From Tubiluchus corallicola (Eukaryota; Animalia; Priapulida), in NCBI GenBank assembly GCA_030141605.1, contig JAQGDQ010000098.1, positions 496,001 through 560,000 of the forward strand: a stretch of 64,000 nt of DNA. The letters run 5' to 3'. The stretch's first letter is position 1. Each line of letters starts with the position of its first letter. Both the position numbers and the translations under genes were made by a program. Positions 50,701 through 62,700 of the stretch are shown here, piece by piece. The notes under the pieces are model-generated. The model was given only the letters and a program-made list of their open reading frames with translations, was not told the DNA's origin and did no database searches.

Positions 50701-53700
50701 CATAAAAGTTTATGGTAACGGTACTGAAGCTAGCTCCATTAAGAGATATGAATGTGATCCTGGCTATACGTTAGCTGGAATTCCTGTTCTTCGGTGCTTG
50801 CCAAATGGAGAATGGTCGTCCCATCCACCTGTATGTCAAGGTCTGTAATTTCCTGCTATTATTAAATTTATATTATCAAAAACAACTGCAGACACGTTAA
50901 GACTACACCCCCTGTCCACTCCGCACATAACCATTCCACACCAGAGGTCATCATGAGGAATCACATCAAAACTGTTCGTCCTGCTTATATTTCTACAGTT
51001 AACAATGGCTCTAGAAAAGTTGCTAGAATTATCTATCCATGGATTTAGTTTACTTCTCTTACTATACTTCCATTGAACTGCAAAATTTACTTTATCGTAG
51101 TGTATACATCAGTAAAAATTAGTGGTAACATTTAGAACTTTGAACGTTGCTTGCTCTTCTTAAAAGTGTGTTCGCATGTACATATCTTTTACATGGATTT
51201 ACAGATATTTGCGAATAATTTTACTCTCTTTAATATTAATATGTAATTTCATTTTCATAATGAGTAGTTTTGTACCATATTATAGGTGCTCAGTGCCCTC
51301 ATCCACCGAGAATAGCTAATGGAAAGCTTGCCTCTTCTGCGCCTTATTTCGTTGGTCAGGAAGTTGAAGTTATATGTAACCATGGCTACCAGGTTATCGG
51401 GACAAGAAGCAGCATCTTATGTGGAGAAGATAGAAAGTTTTCTGCACCTTCTGAATGCAAAGGTTGTCTGGTTATTTACAGCACGTTTAACTGAGTCGTT
51501 TTCTCACACTGTTTTAAATTGAACTGGTATGGTTGTCATAATTTGCATGTAGTGTTTCTCAATGTACTAAAATGCTTTTTCTATGTTTATCTTTGTATTT
51601 TATCTTAAGGATTTGCAAGAGAAATTACGTAAATAGAGAGTGAGTTATTTTTATTTATCATGGCGACGTAAAAGCTAATTGCATTAGCTTCTCCTTCAGA
51701 TGTAGATGAGTGCTCTGAAGCAACAAGCCCTTGCGATCCACTAACTACACATTGTGTCAATACCAATGGCGGAGTGGAATGCAAATGTAAAGAGGGACTC
51801 AAGTCAGTTCTTCGTAAGTATTACTACATATTGAGTCTACAGTCCATTAGTATAACAGTTTTCTTTGCGACTGGTGCCAGCTAATCAGGCATTGCAATGG
51901 GCAAACACCAATAACTTAAATTTCAATGTGTCTAAATTCAATGAAATGATTGTGACTTTCATGGCTAAGCCTTCTGATATTCCTCCTATTACCGTCTCTA
52001 ATTTGAAGACAAAAAGAGTTGATTCGGTTAAACTTTTAGGCGTACAAATATCTAAAGATTTAACATGGAACATCCATGTCCATTCAATTTATGCTAAAGC
52101 AAGTAGAAGAATTTATCTTTTACGACTAATGAAAAGAGCTGGGACATCTGCTAATGATATGATAAAAATGTACTGCACCATGATTAGACCAGTTGTTGAA
52201 TACGCTTGTCAGGCATGGCACTCATCTCTTTCCCAGAATCTCTCTGATTTGTTAGAAACAGTTCAAAAATGCTCATTGAAAATAATTTTTCCAAATGAAA
52301 ACTATGCAAATGCTCTAATTTTGTCTAATCTTCAACCATTATTTAACCACCACCATAATTCTTGCAAAAAGTTGTTCTCATCAATTCAAAATCCTAATAA
52401 TAAAATCCACACTCTATTGCCAGATGCCTGTACGTACAGATATAGAACTTGCCACAATTTGAAATACCCCTTACCTAGATGCAGAAAAGAGAGATTCAAG
52501 AACAGTTTTATCCCATACGGCTTATTTAATTTCCAAACTTAAGTTTTGACTCATTTAATTTTAATTTATTTCGTTCATGTATCTTGTAACAGTGTATTAG
52601 TACATATCATTGCATGTTCTACCTTATTCTTTTTAAAATTTTTATATTGTAATTTTATGCTGTACTTTAATTCAACCCTTTGGTCGTAATGATGATAAAT
52701 AAACTTATGTAAAATTCCAAGTGGCATTGCTTTATTTTTAACCTTATTTATGAAACTGATGGAAAAATTGTGCTGCAACAAATATGTTAAGTTTTAAATA
52801 CGTGTTTCTCTTAACTTAGTATACATTTCAGCTTGTAAACTTACTATTAATTGATGAATAATCACTTGTTTCTTAAGACTAACAAGTGTTTGAAGTTTTA
52901 CTTAGTCTACAGCCATGATTTTGTTGTGTAATATCTTTTTTGTTTTTTTCGTTATTAGAATGCAAACCTTTTGGAAAGCATTTGGGGATTGGTAGTACTG
53001 GTCCCAATCGCATCTTTGTTTCCGGTGATGATGGAATCCATACCAAAGTGGTAAGCTGAAACTTATGCTTGGTTTTATGTAAAGCGCATTGTTAATTATT
53101 TACAGGAGGTTTTTTGTTACCGGTAATTCTTAATATCACTTAAATTTTGTTGTTGCCAGGATGCTGGTTTGAATACAACAGGCACGTTCGGATGGTGTGC
53201 ACAAAATACCGAACACAAGTGGATTACAGTGGATTTGAAGGCGCCGATGGTTGTGGAAGGTTTGAGATTGGTATCCGGCCTACGACGGGATGGTAGTGCT
53301 GGTCATATTACTCTGTTTCATTTGGATTACAGCTTCGACAATGTGTACTTTCAACCTTATATTAATGGAACAACGAAACAGGTTAGCTATACTATCCTTA
53401 AACTAATTTTTCCAAATTTTTCTGTTCTGGATGTCACAACTATGTGAAAATACTTTACCAATTTTATTTGCAGCGATACGTGATTGTTGGTTTGATCGAA
53501 GGACGGCAGAACAGTGCCATAAGGTTACCGGAACCATTTGAAGCTCGTTATGTGCGACTTGTTATTGAACAGTTTAATAATTTCCCCTGTCTACGCTTGG
53601 ATTACATTGGCTGTCAGAAAACATTTTGTGATGGTATGTTACAGCTGAAGCTTCTGCATATTATATTACCACAATATTACAAACCTAAATGCTTATAGGT

Positions 53701-56700
53701 GCAGAACAAGGAGTTCCATGTAATGGAAGCTGCTCTTAGTACATAATGATTTAATAGGGAAAAGTAGATTGGGCTTTGTGAAAGAAAAATGGAAACCACT
53801 TAAAAGGAAGTAAAGTGTAGTAATAACAGGTCTATAAGTAACTATGCTGTCAAGTTAGCAGGGATATGAATGTTATTACAGTGCATTTTTGTTTTTTTTA
53901 TCCATATTGGCAAGATGAGCTAGGCTGCTGCATTCACTAGGTTTTATCTGCTTGTTTTTGTTTATCTGATATGTATTTGGTGTACGTACTACATGCGCCA
54001 ATTGCTAAAATCACTAAAGCTGGTGAGACTGTTCACCCTGGTTTCTTTTGTATCTGATGAAACTTGTGGACTGTATAAGTAAAAGATCAGTCATAAAAGT
54101 CATAACATGTCTGTCTGTTAGGGCTGCTTATCATAATTTTTTATTGATTTTCGTAGCGCAACAAGCTTGCCAAATAAACAACGGAGGCTGTGACCATGTG
54201 TGCAGTGGCCGTGGTGGTCAACTTCAATGTTCCTGTTCCCCTGGTTATCAGTTGTATGTCAGAAATGGAACAGAGGAACACTACATGCCAGCTGGTGAAA
54301 CTGGATATGGCGAGCTAGATAAATATAGAATTGGGAAAAGTTGTGTGCGTAAGTACTGACTACTGACAATGTGAGAACTTCATAAACTTTTAAACAGAAA
54401 TTGCAAATGATTTTTTGAACCAAACAGCATAGCATTTTTGGTACTTTATATTTTTTATTATGCTAGCTTTGTTTTTAGGTTAGTTGCTGCAGCCTGCTGG
54501 TCCTAATTCTGTGTTGTATGTAAGATTGACTAGTAACTTTTTTACTTTTGGCTGGCTGCCAAGATAGTAATATTACATTCTGCAAGCAATATTTTTGACA
54601 ATGTCCATACATTCTGTATTTCATTGTACTTTTCTAAACAGTCATTCCTTTACTTTACTAGCCATACATTGCCCTTGCAGAACCCACTGTCTTCTACCTT
54701 TTTCTGCTCTGCTTTAGCGTATATTTTAGGCCATATGTGCCTACATTTTTTGTTTTCTTTGAATGCATGTAAGTTGAAACCTGAAATATACATATACTCA
54801 AGTCTTCAAATATTTTGTTGTGCATTTTTTACAGGTAGGCACTGCGGCTCTCCACCAGTCTTCCACATAGACAACGGAATCGTGCTTGATTTGAAGAAAC
54901 GCTATTATTCTGCTGATCGCATTTACTTCCGATGCAACATTGGTTTTATGCATGATGGTGGAGATTACATTGAATGTATTCATGGTGACAGGTGGCTTGG
55001 AGATGTCCCTGTCTGCAGAGGTATCAAAATAACTGCTTATATGCATTTTTCTCCTTTTGTTTACTTTCCTCTTCCCTCTTCTGTTTCCCTTCAATTTCTC
55101 CTCCTTTGCTCTTCTTTCTTCATTCTTCTGTTCTCTCACCTGTTCTTAATATTTTTTAATTTTATAATGTTATATACTTTTTATAAGTTGAATTTTGACA
55201 TATCATTTTTTTACCAGCTGCTTTCTGTGCAAATTATCCACCGGATCTAAATGGCCTGATCATGACACCGCCGTATCCAAGGATACCATATGGTGGAGAA
55301 GTCGTACTGTCTTGCCAGCAAAAAGGCTTTGTGGTCGGATCGGGCACTCCAGGTGGGGCAAGTCGTCTCTGTGTTTACGACCCCCGTGAGGAGGGTGGCA
55401 CAGATTATAGATTGTCTGGCCCTGAACCCATCTGCCAACCCGTTGACTGCGGACCTCCAAATGTTCCGAATGGAATCTTTGTAGGGTACACCGGTATGTT
55501 ACTCGGATCTGTGTTTAGGCTCGAATGTCAGGAAGGATATCCACTTCTGGGTGAAAGTCAGCGTGGAGGAGCAGTTATAACTTGTGGTCCCGATGGCAGG
55601 TGGGATTACGGCTCTCTCCAGTGCTCGGGTAAGCATTGTTTTTTCTTTTCTTTTTTATAGTTCAGCACTGTGTATGCTGGACTCAAGCTCTTGTTGAATG
55701 GTCTACTTAGTGCAGGTGATTTGGGCAGGACTAGAATCTAGCTCATTAACAAGACTAATCCCCTTAGATGAGCTACTAAACCAGCAGAGGTGTTACAACC
55801 AGGTTCAGACTTGAATGCATCCTCAGCAAGGCAAACAGCTGGAAACAGCGTAGTGAATGATACAATTCAGAGTGGATATTGATCCCAGCTGTCGTCCATC
55901 CTTTAACACAACATCCTTGTCATTGCTTATTTTTGGTCGTTAGACAAACACAATGTTTTATCTATTTTCCTCTAACCGTACATTGTTGTGTTTACAGTGG
56001 ATTTATATATATCACCCATAAATTTTCATATTTTTTTGCTTAGATGCCAAACTATAAACCATACACATTTTCATTTATTACGCTGATAGAACTTATTGTG
56101 GCAATGTTTTTCATCCAAATGTTCAAAAAGTGACTGTTTTTTGAACAATGTTTTTAGGTTCATCATGTCAGAATCCTGGCACACCTGCACAAGGTCGTCA
56201 GCTTGCTTCATCGTATGAATTGGGAAGTTTGGTGTACTTCCAGTGTAATCAACCAGGCTACAAACCTGTCCCAAGTGTAATCAGATGTATTTCAGATCCA
56301 ACTGTTGCTCCTTTTCCCATCTGGAATGACACTACAATACCAACCTGTGTCGGTAAGTTTTGACATTTTTTTGTGTTTTTTAGTTTGCCAAAAGTTCCTT
56401 GAAAACAAGTTTGAGATTATTTTAGTGTTTTTAGGCTCATAAGAAACATGTAATACATCAATGAGCATTATTTTCACGTGAAATCACAACAGTCACATTC
56501 CACGTTACGCTATGTACCAAATTTCACATGCACTTCCTTTTGAAAGTCAAGGAAATTCATTTGTGTCATTTAATCTTAAAATGTTTTTTCTTTTTTCGTA
56601 TTTTCCTATGTTATGACTGACTGGTTGATGTTTTTTGGCCTTTCAGTTTATTTTTAGGCTCTTCTTGACCATATTTGCATACTGTTAGGTGTGTTTTAGC

Positions 56701-59700
56701 AAGTTTGCCATATTCTTTGTGGCGTTTGAAGCACTGTTGTGTATGTTTCAGATACTTTGCCTCCAAAGTGGATAAACTGTCCAGAAGAACCTGTTTACAC
56801 TGATGCTGATCGCATTGCAGACTTCATTCCACCTTCATCCTTAGACAATAGTGGATTTGTGCATAACCAAACGGTCTTTCCACCTGTGTTTCCACCCGCA
56901 TTAATAACAGCTGATGTAGACATTGTGTATACAGTGTTTGATGAGTTTGGTAATTCTGCTGTCTGTACAGTTCTCATTAGATATGTGGACACAGTTCCGC
57001 CTATCATAGTTTGTCCTCCATCTCTGGTGCATCCACTAATTGTCGATGAGGAATATACCTTAGTTTTTGACACCGTGAATTATCCTCCAGTCTTAACTCG
57101 CGATGATTCTAATGACAGAGTGGCTCTGAGCTACTATCCCACTCAAATATCTGGAAAGGGAGAAAATCTGTATAACGTGACAATAGTAGCAACAGACACG
57201 GCTGGCAACAGTGCTTCTTGTGATTTCCAAGTATACGTTCAGCCTGTACCATGCAGCATTGTCTCTATTCCTCGGCCTCAGTACAGCACACAGGACTGTC
57301 AGACATTAGATGATAGATTACATTGTACATTGTCATGTTTGAGAGGCTACATTTTCCCAGATACGAAGGAACAGTCAAGAGTGATTGAGTGTGTGGATGG
57401 TGTACAATGGCTTCCCTCCTCTTATGTGCCAGACTGCATTCTGGGGGCAGATCGGTCTAGTCAGCAGCATCAAGTTACGGCATACTTTCAATACAAATCA
57501 AATGCAACAATAGTAGAGCGCTGCCCCGATCTTTATCAGAGAGCAATTGTGGCTCAAAACAGCTCGATTTCGTTGCTATTAAACCAAGCATGTGGTCGAT
57601 CAGGCGCTGATGTGTCAGTTCACTTTGCGGATGCTTTTGCTTTACTGAATTCAACAACACAGGTAAGGACTGCTAAATGTGAAACATTTGATTGAAAGCC
57701 ATTTACTAATGTTGTCCACTTTATTGATCAAGTTGTTTATTCAGTGATGCCAAATAGGATTACTTTTGAAATCGCTTATATCTGTATTATTGCAAAAAAA
57801 AACTTTAGTAAAATGCTTTTAAGTCGTACGAATGATGTTACTTTTTGTGTGTAAAATATGCAAGAATAAGAATCATTTGCATTGTCAGCCAAATTTCAGA
57901 AGTTTGGGTGCAAATTTCTGACAATTAGAGTTTTTGGTTAGTTTAACTTGATATTGCACTTTCCAGGTATTTTTCCAATTTGTTGTGAACCTTGACAGTC
58001 CATCTGGTAACGAGGTACTACTAGACAGTTGTGCTCAGATACTTACCCGAGAACTACCTGCTATAACAAGTGTAGGTATTCCCGCTTTGGGTCATGGTTG
58101 TCCGGCCATTTTTCCAACAGACTCTAATTTCATCAGAGATATCATTTGTCCGATAGAAACTATAAAACTTGATTCACCCGATGGAGTGAGATGTAGTGCT
58201 GTGGTATGTCCACCGGGAACTTACTCTGCCAATGACACTTGCTTTCCGTGCAGATTTGGATATTTTCAAGACAGACCAAATCAGCAAGATTGCAAGCAAT
58301 GTCCTCCTGGCACCTCAACACTAAAAGAAATGAGCAAAAGTATGTCTGATTGCGTTCAGGCATGCCGTGTGGGCTATTTTAGCAGCACTGGATTGCCACC
58401 TTGTGACCCATGCCCGTTCAATACAAGAAGCACCTCATTCGGATCGCTGCAGTGTATCCCATGTGCTAATGGAACTTTCACTTCGAATGTGGGGTCGTCA
58501 GCATGCGTACCTCCTTGCCCGCTTGGATCTTATTCTGATACTGGATTGGAGCCCTGCAGACCCTGTAGGCAAAATTTCTATCAAAACATAGTAGGATCAA
58601 AGTTTTGTCATGAGTGTCCATCTTACACGTGGACTGATGATGTTGGCTCCATTAGCGTTGCTCAATGTTTTATTCGAAGTATTTCATATAATCCTTTGTG
58701 GGCCACTGGTGAGCCTCCTACTCCAGTGCCCACTCAAGCTCTTGATCAAGGATTTGGAACAGTCATCGCCCATTATGATGTAACTGATCGCAACTTCTGT
58801 TTAATGAAATGTCAAGAGAACAGTTTTCCTGTTTGTGTTGGAGTCGACTACAGTCCTAATTATGGTTGCGATTTGTTAAGCATGCGTCTTCCATTTACTT
58901 CTAGATTTCAATTCAGGTCAGAGACTGGTGCACCACTGTTGCGCAATTTTGATGGTGGCTACTTTTGTGCAAACCAAGATGTGTATCTTCATTGCTCAGA
59001 TAGTGTACAAGTTTTATCATTGCAGTCTTTGAGAATTGTACAAATCAGCAAATATGATTGGGTGGGGCATTGCCAGTCCGTTCCTTATCTTGGGCCTGGT
59101 TGTGCTATAGATGATGTAGCTAATAGAATACAATTACACTGTCAGGGAAAGAATCAGTGCAATTTTATTAATCCTTGCACTGACACAACTAAGTACATCG
59201 AAGTTGCCATGGACTGTGTTACCAACCCATGCAAAAGAGAACCCGTCTGTCAGAATAGCGGTTCTTGTTATTTTGCCAACCACAAAGCGAGATGTGACTG
59301 CACACCTGGCTGGACAGGAGAATTTTGTGAGGTACCACAAGCCCCGTGTATTTCTGCTCCTTGCTTTAATGGAGGCACTTGTCAACAAATCAGTGAGAGG
59401 GAGTTCACATGTCGATGTTTTCCGGGATATACTGGAAGTTTCTGCGAAATTCCTCCAAATTACTGCCAAGATGACAGTTGCGTTTTCGGAGACTGCGTGA
59501 ATTTGGAGGACAAATTTGCATGTTTATGCCATCCAGGATATGCGGGTCAATTTTGTGACCAAGCGAAAGATGTTTGCTCACCAAATCCTTGTGTAAACGG
59601 GCAATGTGTTGGTGTAAGTACGGGCCATCATCAATGTATTTGTGAGCCAGGCTGGACTGGTATTGCATGCGATGTGAATATTGATGACTGCATAGAACAA

Positions 59701-62700
59701 CCGTGCGTCGGTAATGCTACTTGCCATGATGGTGTCAACGCGTTCTTATGCAGCTGCCCTCAAGGTCGCGCAGGTGCACGCTGTGAACAGTATTCTAGTG
59801 CATGCGACAATAATCCGTGCTCTAATAATGCTGTATGCCTCGATGATCTTGAGGGATTTAGGTGCTTCTGCCAAGTTGGTTTTACAGGATTGTTTTGTGA
59901 GTCAAATATCGATCCTTGCTCTAGCGCCCCGTGCCAAAATGACGGTTCCTGTGTTGCCATTTATGACGAATACCTATGTCACTGTCCTCCTGGATTTACC
60001 GGGCTAAACTGCCAAAATAATGTAGATGATTGCGAGAATAACTCGTGTCGTAATGGTGCCTGTGTTGACGGGCTAGGCTCATACTCGTGCATATGTCAGC
60101 CTGGGTATACTGGACAATACTGTGATGCTCATATAGATTTCTGCACAACTGGACCTTGCAGTGAACGCACTCAGCAGTGTCTCAGTTTGATCAATGACTT
60201 CTTATGCGAGTGTGAGCCAGGATGGGGTGGAAAGCAGTGTCAGGTGCAGATCAGTCCTTGTGAATCTTCTCCGTGCAACAATGGTGGAACTTGTCATCAA
60301 CAAGGACAGACTTTCACTTGTTCATGTTTGGATGGTTGGACAGGACCATTATGTGAACATTTGGCAGGTATGTGCTACAGTAGTCCATGTGCTCGAGGAG
60401 CTACCTGCATTGATCTGTTCAATGATTATTACTGTGTCTGCCCTGAAGGATCAGCTGGCAAAAAATGTACAGATTATTTCAGAGCTGATCCATGTGCAGG
60501 AGATCCCTGTCTAAATCATGGTACATGCATTCCACAAGGAGATGCTTTTAGATGTGCATGTGCACCAGGATATGATGGAGTTGTATGCCAGTTTGTGTCA
60601 AACACTTGCGAGTCTTCACCTTGTAAGAACGGAGGAATTTGCCAAGACACTGAAGGAGGCTTTAATTGCACTTGTGCGGCAGACTTTACGGGACACACCT
60701 GTGAGTCGGTCATCGATGATTGCATTGATCACGATTGCCCACCACATGCCATATGCCTTGATGGCATTCAAGAGCATTTCTGTACTTGTCCATTTAATGC
60801 TACCGGAGCTTTCTGTGAGAAACCTATTGATCCAAATTATTCCTTGTACTTTTTTGACGAAACAAAGACTGCCAGTGCCAGCCTCAAGTTTCCTTTCAAA
60901 CTGAAGTCGACAGCCATGACAATTGCAATGTGGGTTCAATTTCCGGCATTCAACACTGGCGGAACTTTCTTCACATTATTTGCCATTCCACTGAAAAATA
61001 GTGTGGTGAGAAAACGATTAATGCTGCGTATCAGTGCTGACATTTTGTATGCAGCAATTTGGAGAGATGAAGAACCATTAAGCATTGAAGTTAATAAAGT
61101 TCCAGAGGCGCATCGAATTAACGATGGACAGTGGCACCATCTTGCTTTTATTTGGGCATCACGAGGTGGTAGATACACTCTTTTTGTAGATGGTAAGGTA
61201 GCAGCCGACGGCAAAGGTTATGGCTCTGGTCGACCATTGCCAAACAATGCCTGGATATCTCTGGGTTCCAGATACAACAAAGCTGCAACAGAGAAAGAAT
61301 TTGGCAAGGGATTCTTTGGCCACATTAGCCGGGTGAACGTCTGGAAGCGGCCGCTAGATCCGGAGTCGGAGATTTTGCTGCAGGCCAAGGACTGCAAGGC
61401 ACCAATCATCTATGATGACTTAGTTCTTCGTTGGACAGGTTATGACGACGTAAGCGGCAAGGTTGAGATTGTGCATAACAGTGACTGTGGAGTAGTTGTC
61501 TGTCCACCAGGTTATGATGGTCAACACTGTAACACTACTCTGCAAGGTATAAATTTTAATGCAGTATACATTGTTTTTCATTACTGTAGTGCAAATCTTG
61601 TTTAGATAATAGCTTGGAAAATCGGGAAGATCTTTGTTGCGCAGAAGTACATTTGTACTGCTTCATTTGCCATGCTTTTTTGTATAATTGTTACGTATGC
61701 TTAGCAAAATGTGAAATTTTTTAATTTAAAGAAGTTTAGTATATTTTTCAACGTACAGTCACCATGTTTAATGACGATAAAAATTAATACAGAAAAATAG
61801 TCTGTTTTGCTAACGCATGAGCTGTGTTGCTAAGAGAATTATAATTAGTTTTTTGTCCGCAAGGTTTTATATTAGCATGATGATAATCGTTGTTTGCATC
61901 ATTGTAGATAAAATCGCACCATATGCCGAGTTTTGTCCATCAGATTTGCACATCGTTTCTCCTTTGCGCCAGACTGTTGTGAGATGGAGGGAGCCTCGAT
62001 TTGTCGACGATCGTGACATTACACATCAAAATCAGACCCACTACTCTAATAACCTTTTTACTTGGGGTGAACATGAAGTTGTTTATGCAGCATATGACAG
62101 CTTCGGAAATGTTGGGACCTGCAGCTTCAAAGTATATGTTATTCGTAAGTAATATTCAATCATACACTATCATAGAATATACAGAATATTTAAATTTTGT
62201 TGTGAAGTAAGAGAGTTACAATTTAAAATAAAGTGACCAACTTTTCAATAAGTTTTCTAGGTTTTCCCAGTGACAAAATTAAGAAGTTTCATCAGTTTAC
62301 AGAGAGTAGCTTTAGTCTCGAGCATTATGGAATTGTTATGGAATTTTTTTTTCAAGTTTCAATCAACTTGAAGTTTTAATGTTCTTGCACCTGTTCCTAG
62401 CTTTAGTAATAAGACGCCTTGTATTGATTTCCCAGTTACAATGCTTACTCTACCTGAAAACAGGTAAGGCAATGTCAAAATGTTGTTTCGTATAACTTGT
62501 GTGGTAATTCTTTATTTACGTTGCTTACAGGTCAGCCATGTGAAACTCCAGTTGTACCACCAGGTGTCATTGAGAACTGTGAGGAATGGGGACGAGAGGG
62601 AGACGGTCTCTTCTTTTGCACCATTTCTTGTCAGGACAAAGAAGCTCGCTTTCCGCAGACACTTCCAGCTTTCTTTAGTTGTGGTTTGGATGGCATCTGG

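Noticed and set aside
56795-61409. Many antisense and alternative-frame ORFs over the large exons
   Set aside because: Shadow ORFs of coding sequence with no recognisable motifs
57985-61605. 1206-aa ORF as a standalone Notch/SVEP1/fibropellin gene
   Set aside because: It is an internal exon with splice sites in phase with its neighbours; the N-terminal CTL-LDLa-CUB architecture and absence of vWA or LNR domains fit Uif
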